Assembly (NCBI GenBank): GCA_950097015.1
Contig: CATNEN010000038.1
Coordinates: 30,690,001 to 30,754,000 of the forward strand
From: Macrostomum hystrix
Taxonomy: Eukaryota > Animalia > Platyhelminthes
Direction: 5' to 3'
DNA: 64,000 bases
Made by a program: the position numbers and the translations under genes. The notes under the pieces are model-generated. The model did not search any database. It saw only the letters and a list, made by a program, of their open reading frames with translations, and was not told the origin of the DNA. This document shows, in pieces, positions 12,101-24,105 of the stretch (the first letter of the stretch is position 1; the number at the start of each line of letters is the position of its first letter).

Positions 12101-15100
12101 CATATATTTTCATATGTAAATCAGCTTTACTATTAGATTTTTTGTCTATCAAATGGAATTTTCATTGACTTTGATCATAAGTGTAAATTATTCATTGCCT
12201 GCTGACAGGTATATGAAACTGCTGCATCGTTGGTTTCGTCAACAGATTAGCAAAGAAGAGTTTGACAAACAGGCCAGGTCTTTGTTTCCTAATTCTGACA
12301 GTGAGTAAAGCATATTGTGTCTTTTTGAAAAACATTGACCACAGATTAAGTCTTTTATATTCCTACAACATTACCAACATTTTTGTTTCAGTGACAACGC
12401 ACAATCGATTCATATTAAGCATTATGTCGTCCTGCAAAATTATCGAACCAACAGGTGATTAGCTCTACAAGAAATTGTGCATTTTCATATGAATCATGCT
12501 TTTATTTATGTTTGTCTTGAGCTCTTATGTCTACCTCTACTGCCTCCCTCATCTACTGCCTCCCTCATCTACTGCCTCCCTCATCTACTGCCTCCCTCAT
12601 CTACTGCCTCCCTCATCTACTGCCTCCCTCATCTACTGCCTCCCTCATCTACTGCTTCCCTCATCTACTGCCTCCCTCATCTACTGCATCCCTCATCTAC
12701 TGCCTCCCTCATCTACTGCCTCCCTCATCTACTGCCTCCCTCATCTACTGCCTCCCTCTCTCATCTACTGCCTCCCTCATCTACTGCCTCCCTCATCTAC
12801 TGCCTCCCTCATCTACTGCCTCCCTCATCTACTGCCTCCCTCATCTACTGCCTCCCTCTTTAATCTACTGCCTCTCTCATCTACTGCCTCCCTCTCTCAT
12901 CTACTGCCTCCCTCTCTCATCTACTGCCTCCCTCACATCTCCACTGTCTCCCTCTCCCCTCCACTGCCTCCCTCTTCCCTTCACTGTCTTACTCTCCCCT
13001 ACTGATTAATACTTTATCAAGCGTATGGCTTATATCTACTCGAAAACCCAGATAAAGTTTTAAGAATAGCAGATTAATTGACAGCGATTTTAATTTTCAA
13101 CGCCCACTCATAGCGCCCATGTCGAAGAGTCTCCGTCATCGATTTGTCGAACAGCCTCAGGTGGCGCTGATGTCCCTAATAGCTGATTATCGACAGGAGG
13201 CCGCGTCTGCAGCTGCTGCGGCTGGTCCGTTGACGCCAGGCGGCGGACAGAACTCGCTGACTTTGTCAGACCGCGGCGGTGCTAGAAGAGATTTCTCTTT
13301 GGTCACTAGTGAGTGGAAAAGCATACTTTCTATTGACTCATACCTTCTGTACCGTCTGTTCCGCTGCCCTCCCCTGTCTGTCCCGCTGCCCTCCCCTGTC
13401 TGTCCCGCTGCCCTCCCCTGTCTGTCCTGCTGCCCTCCCCTGTCTGTCCCGCTGCCCTCAACCTGTCTGTCCCGCTGCCCTCAACCTGTCTGTCCCGCTG
13501 CCCTCCCCTGTCTGTCCCGCTGCCCTCCCCTGTCTGTCCCGCTGCCCTCCCCTGTCTGTGCCGCTGCCCTCCTCTGTCTGTGCCGCTGCCCTCCCCTGTC
13601 TGTGCCGCTGCCCTCCCCTGTCTGTCCCGCTGCCCTCCCCTGTCTGTCCCGCTGCCCTCCCCTGTCTGTCCCGCTGCCCTCCCCTGTCTGTCCCGCTGCC
13701 CTCCCCTGTCTGTGCCGCTGCCCTCCCCTGTCTGTCCCGCTGCCCTCCCCTGTCTGTGCCGCTGCCCTCCTCTGTCTGTGCCGCTGCCCTCCCCTGTCTG
13801 TGCCGCTGCCCTCCCCTGTCTGTCCCGCTGCCCTCCCCTGTCTGTCCCGCTGCCCTCCCCTGTCTGTCCCGCTGCCCTCCCCTGTCTGTCCCGCTGCCCT
13901 CCCCTGTCTGTGCCGCTGCCCTCCCCTGTCTGTCCCGCTGCCCTCCCCTGTCTGTCCCGCTGCCCTCCCCTGTCTGTCCCGCTGCCCTCCCCTGTCTGTC
14001 CCGCTGCCCTCCCCTGTCTGTCCCACTGCCCTCCCCTGTCTGTGCTGCTGCCCTCCCCTGTCTGTCCCGCTGCCCTCCCCTGTCTGTATTTTTACTGACT
14101 TTAAAACAGCAAGAGAAATCGCGCTTTCCCGATCAATCAGCCTCCTGCACCAGGGAGCAACGCCTGCCCGGAGCATGGATGCTCTACGGCCGAATGATGC
14201 ACACACTGAGTCTGTATGCGCTGCAGGATTTTTCCACCGAGGCCCTGAATTATTTGGCTCTGGCTGCGCAGTGCTTGACGCGGCGTGTGCTATTATCGGC
14301 TTTGGCTAATCGAAGGAATTGCCGTATTTTTTCAATCAATGAAATATCTAGTCAGCGGCAGCAACAGCAGCAGCAGCAAATTCGACGAGGCGCAGGGGGC
14401 GTTCAATCGTCTGCTGCTTCGTCTGCCACTTTGACTAGTTATCGCCGAAAGCACTGCCTACAGTCTGCCACTAGGAGAAGATTAGAGAGAGCAGCTTTCG
14501 GTAGGCAACTATTCTGAGTTTAATTCTCAACTCTATTTGATTTCCAAGTGTACTCAATTGTGAACTGTACTAAATTCTCACGTTTGTACTATATTCTCAA
14601 CTGGAGATAGAACCTGAGACCAGGGGAGACAATTTTCAGGCATCTTTTAACTATGACGCCTAAATTCCCTGGTTCACCCAGCTGTAAAATGGACTGAACT
14701 GGTCCACGGACTAAGCAGCTGTACGAAGTCTTTAAAATCTGTGCCAGATGCAGTACATCTGAGTAGCTTCTCAACTGTGCTCAAATTTTTTTGTCCAGGT
14801 CGTGCCCCGCCAGCTACTCCGTTTCCGCTGCGCGAGGCGTACTCCGCGCCGGCTCGGGCAGCCGGGCTGAACGCCTACACTCACGCTGCTAGATTTGCCA
14901 CCGCGTCGACGGCGGCTGCTGTGGCTTCGGCTCGGTCTGCAGACTGGCAACGCGTCGACGCTCTGCTGCGCTGCGGTTGCGAAGCATCGCCTGAGGCGTC
15001 CGCCGCTTCGGATTCGTCAATGGGCAGCGCCGACTCGGCGAATTTTACTGTGCTCAATCTGGAGGACTTGGAGCGAGTTTTGAGTAGGCCGGATACGCTT

Positions 15101-16066
15101 TCTGTTGGCTATCATTGCGTGCAGGTAAGTCTGATGATTTACTATCGCTTGCGGTCTTTTGAGGTCTTCAGTTTCTATGCTGTGAGGTCGCTTGCTATGC
15201 TGTGTTTTCGGTTGCTATGCTGTGGGGTCGGTTGCTATGCTGTGGGGTCGGTTGCTATGCTGTGTTTTCGGTTGCTATGCTGTGGGGTCGGTTGCTATGC
15301 TGTGGGGTCGGTTGCTATGCTGTGGGGTCGGTTGCTATGCTGTGTTTTCGGTTGCTATGCTGTGAGGTCGGTTGCTATGCTGTAAGGTTAGTTGCTATGC
15401 TGTGAGGTTAGTTGCTATGCTGTGAGGTTAGTTGCTATGCTGTGAGGTTAGTTGCTATGCTGTAACTTTTGATGCTATACTGACAATATAGTTGCAATGC
15501 TGTCAATACAGTTGCAATGCTGTCAATACAGTTGCAATGCTGTCAATATAGCGTTTCAGCTGCTATGCTTGAACTTGGGTTGCTATTGTGGTGCTAGAGT
15601 TGCTGTGTCCATGACAGATGGCTGTTATGGATATGGTTAATCGGTTGTTATGTGTTGCTACAATCAATAATGACAATCGGTGAAATTTATCCCAGCCTAT
15701 AATCTGCTGCCCAATTTCTTCCAGCGTCAACGCCAGGCAGTCTCATCGGCTCTTCTGCGCTCCCTGACCCGGAATCGCCTGCTGGTTCGCATGCGCCAGC
15801 AACAGCAGCAGACTTCCATATCCCGAAGTAGTATTCACTCGTTGCCAATGACAACGCAGCAGGTTCAGACAGCGCCGTTTGCCGCCACAACATCCGAGAT
15901 GCCACAAATACCTGCCTCTCCAGTATTTATTCATTCAATTAACACAGTGCTGCCCAATCAGCATCATCCAATTACCAATGGCGTGTGCGTTATGGACAGC
16001 GGCGGTGGAGAACTTGCCCATCTTGCCGCTGACGTGGTTGACGGCTATGAAGACTGCCTGATGTGA
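9194..16066 (+). CDS. TADA1: Transcriptional adapter 1 (SAGA subunit Ada1/TADA1); exons 9194-9267, 12209-12300, 12392-12454, 13114-13308, 14141(or 14114)-14500, 14799-15124, 15725-16066 (~483 aa)
   Basis: The spliced product MTEF..KQRLQNELKENFFWYMKLLHRWFRQQISKEEFDKQAR..THNRFILSIMSSC matches the Tada1 N-terminus (WFKQKISKEEFD..HNDFLLAIL). A histone-fold region LP..LYGRM..LQDFSTEAL..LAAQ..RR follows, then the AFG and LNLEDL motifs. All junctions are GT-AG and phase-consistent. The exon-5 acceptor is uncertain. Confidence 0.88.
9797..10223. mobile_element. Non-autonomous MULE/Mutator-like DNA transposon (MITE, 427 bp) in TADA1 intron 1
   Basis: ~38-bp TIRs (GGTACCTGGACACTTCGTCATCTTACAACTTTGTCATC, 4 mismatches). 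Perfect 9-bp TSD TATGTTAGG at 9788-9796 and 10224-10232. Repeated internal GATGACAAA motifs. Confidence 0.9.
10392..10501. repeat. AT-rich inverted repeat/hairpin (~46-bp arms)
   Basis: AATAACTAGTTAGCTTTTTGTAT..TAGTTTAGA pairs with TCTAAACTAATACAAAAAGCTAACTAGTTATT. An extra arm copy lies at ~10550-10590. Confidence 0.8.
12533..12935. repeat. 16-bp minisatellite (CTACTGCCTCCCTCAT)n, TADA1 intron 3
   Basis: Direct observation. Confidence 0.95.
13352..14087. repeat. 22-bp minisatellite (CCGCTGCCCTCCCCTGTCTGTC)n, TADA1 intron 4
   Basis: Direct observation. Confidence 0.95.
14668..14750 (+). mobile_element. SINE family A core fragment in TADA1 intron 5
   Basis: GTTCACCCAGCTGTAAAATGG..GTCCACGGACTAAGCAGCTGTACG is similar to the reverse complement of 2075-2165. 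Confidence 0.6.
15175..15550. repeat. 20-bp minisatellite (GTTGCTATGCTGTGGGGTCG)n and a derived variant, TADA1 intron 6
   Basis: Direct observation. Confidence 0.93.
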
Positions 16067-16149
16067 GAAGGCTTATGCTGCAGCTGTTTCTCCTCCGTTA
16101 GATTCTTAGTCTTCGCTTTTCCACCTCAAATCAGCGCTAGTTTCTGCCA

Positions 16150-16560
16150 CCTCCTTCATCATCTGCCACTTCTGCCCTCTTCACCGCTCCTTCCTCTCCC
16201 TTTTCCGCCCCTTCCGCAATCTTTTCCGCTCCTTCCTCTCCCTTTTCCGCCCCTTCCGCCATCTTCTCCGCTCCTTCCTCTCCCTTTTCCGCCCCTTCCG
16301 CCATCTTCTCCGCTCCTTCCTCTCCCTTTTCCGCCCCTTCCGCCATCTTCTCCGCTCCTTCCTCTCCCTTTTCCGCCCACTTATCCGCTCCTTCCGCCCA
16401 ATTTCCGCTCCTTTTGCCCTCTTCTCCGCTCCTTCCGCCCTTTTCTCCGCTGCATACCTCCCTTCTTCTACTCTTCTCCGCTCCTTCGGCCCTCTTCTCC
16501 GCTCCTTCCGCTCTCTCCCCCGCTCCTTCTGCCCTCTTCTCTACTCCTTCTGCTCCGCTT
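16150..16560. repeat. Pyrimidine-rich ~42-bp (2x21) tandem repeat downstream of the TADA1 stop
   Basis: CCGCTCCTTCCTCTCCCTTTTCCGCCCCTTCCGCCATCTTCT units. Confidence 0.85.
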
Positions 16561-17344
16561 GTAAGTTATTCCGAATGTCCTTAATATTCTTAAGCTTTTT
16601 AACAACCCATTCCAGTGTGCCAATTAATTTTGTTTTTTGTGTTAAGTTCAAGTTTGTGAGTTAAAATTAATATTGTTATAAAAAACGTCCATCTTCTCAC
16701 CATTGCTTTTTGTCTTAGTTGCAGGTATCTTGTAAATAAAATATTTTTATTTCGATTTCTAAATCCTTCAATTGAATACTTGTTAATGTAATACAACTTA
16801 TTATTATTAACTTATTAGCAGCATTTTCCTATGTTTATGTACTCTACAAAAAACTGCTACTTCGTAATTGCTTTTTTTAGAACACGCTTTGGGGAACCCG
16901 TTTTCAATTATGTGGCTATTAATAGAACATTTGTTTCTAATTTTAGAAACTGCATACTTTGGGAAACCCCAAACTATTATTAAGACTGACATCCTTATCC
17001 AGTTCATGTTTTAGACAAATCAGCCTTACTTGTCGACTGGTTTTCTAAAAACAGTGCAACACAACTGTTTCCCTAAAAGAAAATGTCTTTAAATTAGCCT
17101 CTTTTAATAACTTTCGCCTGAGCATATAAAGGAACCTGTGCTAATGATAATAACCTCAGTATGAATCACATCATATTAAGTTTTATAACTTTAAATTTAC
17201 CAAATAAACTTTAACTTTACCAAATTGAACAGGTTATTTCATGCGCAGTTGTTTTCTATTGGAAAGCTAAGATAACAATGCTTCACAATGGTCTTCTGTG
17301 AGTTTTGCTTTTAAAGAAGAAGTTTGGTTTGGTGGTGATAACGC

Positions 17345-17890
17345 TTCTCTCAACGACTCTCAATGACTCAAAAACTTCTCTAAAATGACTCAAAAGCTTC
17401 TCTAGCGACTCAAACGCTTCTCTAGCGACTCAAACGCTTCTCTAGCGACTCAAACTCTTCTCTAGCGACTCAAACGCTTCTCTAGCGACTCAAACGCTTC
17501 TCTAGCGACTCAAACTCTACTCTAGCGACTCAAACGCTTCTCTAGCGACTCAAACGCTTCTCTAGCGACTCAAATGCTTCTCTAGCGACTCAAACGCTTC
17601 TCTAGCGACTCAAACGCTTCTCTAGCGACTCAAATGCTTCTCTAGCGACTAAAACGCTTCTCTAGCGACTCAAAAACTTCTCTAAAATGACTCAAAAACT
17701 TCTCTAAAATGACTCAAAAGCTTCTCTAGCGACTCAAACGCTTATCTGGCGACTCAAACGCTTCTCTAGCGACTCAAACGCTTCTCTAGCGACTCAAACG
17801 CTTCTCTAGCGACTAAAACGCTTCTCTAGCGACTCAAAAGCTTCTCTAGCAACTCAAAAGCTTCTCTAGCAACTCAAACGCTTCTCTAAT
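17345..17890. repeat. 20-bp minisatellite (TCTAGCGACTCAAACGCTTC)n
   Basis: Direct observation. Confidence 0.95.
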
Positions 17891-18807
17891 GACTGAAACG
17901 CTTCAGAAGCAACTTGTAGAAAAAAAATCAAAAAGTAAATCTACGCTCGTAGATAATTTCTACAGTTTCAAATCCAAAAAGCACTTTTTTAATCCAGAGA
18001 AATCCAAGTCTCTGATTAGAAGTGATAGCGAATTGCATTTAAAAATTAAATTTCAGTTTGACTTTAAATAAACAAAATCGGACATTTATTTAAATAAAAT
18101 AACAAAGTAAAAAAACAATCGTAGCACAAGCGCATTATCACAATAAAAAATTACAAAGCTAAACTATTATAAATTGGATTGAGACATGGGATAAGGACTC
18201 AATATTCCCCATATTTTTGCACAGTAAAATATTATAAGAAAGCATTTTAACATTCACACGGTTAAGAACAAGGAACATGGCTTGAAAAAATTAAACATTT
18301 ATATCAATTAGTACAAGTAATTCAATTTTGTGATTCTGAACATATTTTTTTCAGTTTTTGTCTACTTTTTATGCTTATCTGGAGTATATAAACTATTTTT
18401 ATCTCAATAAATCAATCATTTACTAGATTTTAAGTCACATAAAAACGCATTAGAATTATATACAAGCTCAAATAACTAACAGATAATAATGAAAAGTGAA
18501 GACAAAATATTTCACATTATTATTTGTGTGTGCTTAGTCAGAAGCAGTAGCAATAATAAAAGTTTATAAAACAATCTATGATGTAAACAAAAAAGCTTTT
18601 CCTAGTTTATTAAAACTAATTAAATTATACGCAATCATACGTAGCAGATGAAACGCGCCTTGAATGTAACACAATGCATTCAGAGCATTAGTAAATCACA
18701 ATAGAATAACACATCTATCGCACCTGATAACACACAGAGCAATGCCTTATATGAGTTAAAAAAACAAATCTATGCAACTTATATAAGACGGATGACAAAG
18801 ACAACAG

Positions 18808-19096
18808 TTTGTCACGTGACGAGTGTACAATAGTAGGTGCGATGGTGTTGGTCACGTGACGAGTGTACATTGGTAGGTGCGATAGGATTGGTCACGTGAC
18901 GATAAGACCTGTACGATGGAGTTAATCAGGTGACGAGTGCACACTGCGTGTTAATATGGCGAGGCACATAACGAGTGTACATTAGTAGGAGAGAGGGGGC
19001 TGGTCACGTGACGAGTGTACATTAGTAGGAGAGAGGGGGCTGGTCACGTGACGAGTGTACATTAGTAGGAGAGAGGGGGCTGGTCACGTGACGAGT
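18808..19096. repeat. ~40-bp tandem repeat containing the palindrome GTCACGTGAC
   Basis: TGGTCACGTGACGAGTGTACATTAGTAGGAGAGAGGGGGC-type units, about 7-8 copies. Confidence 0.9.
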
Positions 19097-19834
19097 AAAA
19101 AACAAAAGTCTATAGAGTAAAAAAGACGAATGTACATTACTAGGGTACAAAGAGTAGATAACATCGCAAATTAGAGTCGATTAAGTTGCAGTTTAAACAC
19201 ACGACAGATCGACTAAACAATTGTAACGAAAAAAATATGAATGTTTGTTAAAATAGCATATAAAAATTCAAATGGGCAAAGCTTAAAAGACAAAAACAAA
19301 GAAACAAGCGATGCATTGTGTGAATAAAGCATAGCAGAGACTAAGCTAAAAACTTTTATTAAGACATTTTTCTAGCTTACAATTGATAATAATAATACAA
19401 GTGGCCGGGCACAGGTGCATAGGCAGAGGCTGGAAAGACAGCTTTAATAAAGCAAATTTAAATAAGGAAAAAATGGAGCAAGTTTAAATACTAGTAAAAA
19501 GCACACGTAAAGCACATAGTAATGTAGACTGTACTCGTAGAACAAATACTATTTACTCTGGACACATTTTCAGTATATAACATAACATATAGTATTTATT
19601 TATTAATACCAACCTTGGAATTTTTTAAATATAAAATCGCTGCGCTTCGCACAGCTTTGAAATTAAATTGCAACATCTACTCTCCGCCACAGCTACACAC
19701 CATGTGTCCCATCTCAACTTAGTCTTATCTCTTTCACGTATAACCACTCTCGAACTAATCTCGCTTTTGACCATTCTCCATCTGCTTTATCTCTCCTTGT
19801 CATCTCATTCCAACCCTATTTGATCTCAACGCTA

Positions 19835-20300
19835 CCCTGTCTTATCTCACCCTACCCTGTCTGATCTCACCCCTAGCCTGTCTTATCTCACCCCTACCCT
19901 GTCTTATCTCACCCCTACCCTGTCTGATCTCACCCCTACCCTGTCTGATCTCACCCCTACCCTGTCTTATCTCACCCCTACCCTGTCTTATCTCACCCCT
20001 ACCCTGTCTTATCTCACCCCTACCCTGTCTGATCTCACCCCTATCCCGTCTTATCTCACCCCTACCCTGTCTGATCTCACCCCTACCCTGTCTTATCTCA
20101 CCCCTACCCTGTCTTATATCACCCCTACCCTGTCTTATATCACCCCTACCCTGTCTGATCTCACCCCTACCCTGTCTGATCTCACCCCTACCCTGTCTTA
20201 TCTCACCCCTACCCTGTCTTATCTCACCCCTACCCTGTCTTATCTCACCCCTACCCTGTCTGATCTCACCCCTACCCTGCTTTATCTCACCCTACCCTAT
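19835..20300. repeat. 21-bp minisatellite (CCCTACCCTGTCTTATCTCAC)n
   Basis: Direct observation. Confidence 0.95.
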
Positions 20301-20773
20301 CTCACTAATGGCATTTATTAGTAGATAGTGCAGCGAAATATTATAGATAAGAAAATAACGAAGAAATACGATAAGAGGCGAATGGCATAAAAAATGAACA
20401 AATAAAACAAATTAACAACCAAATTTTGAATTCATGGCTTGTCTTACTACCCGGGTCCATAAACAGCATGGCTGCTGGCACCCATTGAGGACAAAAACAA
20501 ATGATGTGTACACACAATGAATTAAAGAATGTAAGCAAACACTATTTTAATAAAAAGTTGAAATCACAAATCTCAGAGATACTAATGTATAGAAACTTTA
20601 GTCTTGTTGTCTTCATTATTAGTGTGTGTCTGTCTGTGTGTTTGTGTCTTATCTATCCCCTGTCTCATCTCTCGCTTTTGAAATTGAAACACACTATAGC
20701 AAATTATTTGACTACAATATACCGAGTCACTATTATTTTTAAATTATACTAATATTTCGTATTTCGCAATGAT

Positions 20774-21121
20774 TTATTGCTGATATTGATGAAAAATCAC
20801 CGACTGGCCGTATGGCGTTATGTACACAGCGGTACCCGGAGCACCAATCAGGGTTGGTTGAACTTGCTGCAGTTGTAGCTGCTGCTGCTGCTGCTGAGCC
20901 ATCGGCTGCAGAAAAAACTGAGGCTGCGGCTGCTGCTGCTGGTGATAGATAAACTGGGGCTTTGAATTAGCAGCAGCAGCAGCGGCCGTGGCGGCGGAAG
21001 TAGACACAGGATAATAGAACTGAGATGCGTAATAAACTGGCTGAGCAGGCATAGTAGCAATTGGAAAGTATTGAGAGCGTTGCATAACCTGCTGAATAGG
21101 AGAGAAGCTAACGAACTCGTT

Positions 21122-21155
<34 letters not shown>

Positions 21156-23455
21156 GGTGGCGCAAAAGGCTTACCGCGAGGTACAAACTCATCCGCTAGG
21201 GGATTCAATGCCTTCTGCTGCTGCTGCTGCTGCTCTGACGAGGACTCATGCTGATCAGACTGCTCTGCATGCTCATTGATCGGCCCACTTGACAGATGAA
21301 AATCTTCCTTAAATTTTGTTAGACGCTTCTTGATTACATCCCGATCTAAATGCTGCTTTTGCAAAGCTGACCCAACTGCAACTGTTGCTGCTGCTGCTGC
21401 TGCAGGCGTGTTAACACCGCTGTTGATTACGCTGTCACCAGACTCCTGCTCAAAAATAAGAATAAAAAAGGAGACGAACTGACTAACCTGTCACATAAGC
21501 GGCTAACTTATCTGAACGGATTTAGTGAGTTACCAGAGCCATTATTTTCAGGGATTGGTGTGGGTAAGGGGTTGGCAGCTGAAATACCCACGTATTTGCA
21601 TGAATTGAAAGTTAAATTTATCCCCTGGGATTTTTGGGTTGATAGCTTCATTATACCCTGGGATCTGTAGGTTGATAGCTTCATTATCCCCTGGGATCTG
21701 TAGGTTGATAGCTTCATTATCCCCTGGGATTTGGGGGCTGATAGCTTAATTATACCCTGGGATTTGTGGGTTGATAGCTTCATTATCCCCTGGGATTTGT
21801 GGGTTGATAGCTTAATTATACCCTGGGATTTGTGGGTTGATAGCTTCATTATCCCCTGGGATTTGTGGGTTGATAGCTTCATTATCCCCTGGGATTTGTG
21901 GGTTGATAGCTTAATTATACCCTGGGATTTGTGGGTTGATAGCTTCATTATCCCCTGGGATTTGTGGGTTGATAGCTTCATTATACCCTGGGATTTGTGG
22001 GTTGATAGCTTCATTATCCCCTGGGATCTGTAGGTTGATAGCTTCATTATACCCTGGGATCTGTAGGTTGATAGCTTCATTATACCCTGGAATCTGTAGG
22101 TTGATAGCTTCATTATACCCTGGGATTTGTGGGTTGATAGCTTCATTATCCCCTGGGATTTGTGGGCTGATAGCTTCATTATACCCTGGGATTTGTGGGT
22201 TGATAGCTTCATTATACCCTGGGATTTGTGGGTTGATAGCTTCATTATACCCTGGGATCTGTAGGTTGATAGCTTCATTATACCCTGGAATCTGTAGGTT
22301 GATAGCTTCATTATCCCCTGGGATTTGTGGGTTGATAGCTTCATTATACCCTGGGATTTGTGGGTTGATAGCTTCATTATCCCCTGGGATTTGTGGGCTG
22401 ATAGCTTCATTATACCCTGGGATCTGTAGGTTGATAGCTTCATTATCCCCTGGGATCTGTGGGCTGATAGCTTCATTATACCCTGGGATTTGTGGGTTGA
22501 TAGCTTCATTATCCCCTGGGATTTGTGGGTTGATAGCTTCATTATCCCCTGGGATTTGTGGGTTGATAGCTTCATTATCCCCTGGGATTTGTGGGTTGAT
22601 AGCTTCATTATACCCTGGGATCTGTGGGCTGATAGCTTCATTATACCCTGGGATCTGTAGGTTGATAGCTTCAATATACCCTGGGATTTGTGGGTTGATA
22701 GCTTCATTATACCCTGGGATTTGTGGGCTGATAGCTTCATTATACCCTGGGATCTGTAGGTTGATAGCTTCATTATCCCCTGGGATCTGTAGGTTGATAG
22801 CTTCATTATACCCTTGGATCTGTAGGTTGATAGCTTCATTATACCCTGGGATTTGTGGGTTGATAGCTTCATTATACCCTGGGATCTGTAGGTTGATAGC
22901 TTCATTATACCCTGGGATCTGTAGGTTGATAGCTTCATTATACCCTGGAATCTGTAGGTTGATAGCTTCATTATACCCTGGGATTTGTGGGTTGATAGCT
23001 TCATTATCCCCTGGGATTTGTGAGTTGAAAAAGCTATACATTCTCTCAGAGACAACAATATTAAACCTGGACAACTGCATTAAAAATAAAACAATGAAAA
23101 CAGCAAACTTACTTCAGCACTTTCTTCGTGGTTATTAGTAGTGTCTGGCAGCTTTTCATGACTGTTGTGACTAAAAATATGAAAAAATAATCTTAGTAAT
23201 TCTAACCATATTACAATTACTGATTGTTTCTATAAAAAAGTTGAAGTTAAAACTTACTTGACATCACTGACTAGAACAGCATTGCCATCAGCATTGTTGG
23301 TAGCAGGTTGCATTATTTCTATAAAGTTTATATAATCCACTGACAAAATAGTCGCACAGAGAGACCAAGGCAGCTGCTACTAAAACAAATGCAGCCTCAC
23401 CAACTAACAAATTATGCTCAGAAGCTTCCTTTTTTGTTGGCACAATATTGTTTAA
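20774..23455 (-). CDS. ATXN2: Ataxin-2-like protein, 3' portion (PAM2 motif, polyQ); exons 23401-23455, 23258-23318, 23113-23170, 20774-21445; 5' exons not identified
   Basis: The terminal exon has KKRLTKFKEDFHL (compare ataxin-2 LKKFKNDFRL), the PAM2 motif ALNPLADEFVP, and a Q/P/Y-rich tail. Three small upstream exons splice GT-AG with consistent phases (0,1,2,0). LSm and LsmAD domains were not seen. Confidence 0.7.
21618..23022. repeat. 33-bp minisatellite (GTTGATAGCTTCATTATCCCCTGGGATTTGTGG)n, intron of the ATXN2-like gene
   Basis: About 42 copies. A unit length divisible by 3 explains the long spurious ORFs on both strands. Confidence 0.95.
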
Positions 23456-23642
23456 CTGGAAAATTTTATTTTTTAATTATAGGCTGTTAGAGAGCTGAAA
23501 TTGGTTTAATTACAAATTTAGAATTTTGTGAATACATTATTTTAGTTTAAATAAATAAATATTATATACTGTCATGCACACTTTTTTTCACACAGTTTAT
23601 ACATACATACATATATAAAGCTTTTAATTTCAGTGCCTAGAG

Positions 23643-24105
23643 CAGGGGTCGGCAAACTCCGGCCCGTGGGCCAGATGCGGCTCCAAATCCCAAAAGCTCC
23701 CAAATCCGGCCCGTTGCCCCTTCCAACACCTATAGTATCATCTCATCTCTCATCTCTCCCATGTCTCATCACTCCCGTGTCTCATCTCTCCCGTGTCTCA
23801 TTTATCCTGTGTCTCATCTCTCCCGTGTCTCATCTCTCCTGTGTCTGATCTCTCCCGTGTCTCATCTCTCCCGTGTCTCATCTCTACCGTGTCTCATCTC
23901 TACCGTGTCTCATCTCTCCCATGTCTCATCTCTCCCGTGTCTCATCTCTCCTGTGTCTTATCTCTCCTGTGTCTCATCTCTCCCGTGTCTCATCTCTCCC
24001 GTGTCTCATCTCTTCCTTATATCATATTTCTATAATCAAAGCGGCCCGCTGTCGTCTTTTAGATTCTCTCTTTGGCCTGCCAGCTAATAAGTTTGCCGAC
24101 CCCTG
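23643..24105. mobile_element. Non-autonomous hAT (Charlie-type) MITE, 463 bp, with an internal 18-bp minisatellite
   Basis: Perfect 16-bp TIR CAGGGGTCGGCAAACT. 8-bp TSD GCCTAGAG at 23635-23642 and 24106-24113. Subterminal CGGCCCG motifs. Internal (TCTCATCTCTCCCGTGTC)n at 23740-24010. Confidence 0.93.

Noticed and set aside
12477-14309. Cys/Pro-rich ORFs
   Set aside because: Read-through of intronic minisatellites; only the flanking parts are TADA1 exons.
21488-21578. Extra ATXN2-like exon(s)
   Set aside because: Splice-like signals exist, but the phases are inconsistent with the flanking exons or would need a 22-nt intron.
21508-23138. Long ORFs of 389-516 aa
   Set aside because: Artefacts of a 33-bp intronic array that is open on both strands.
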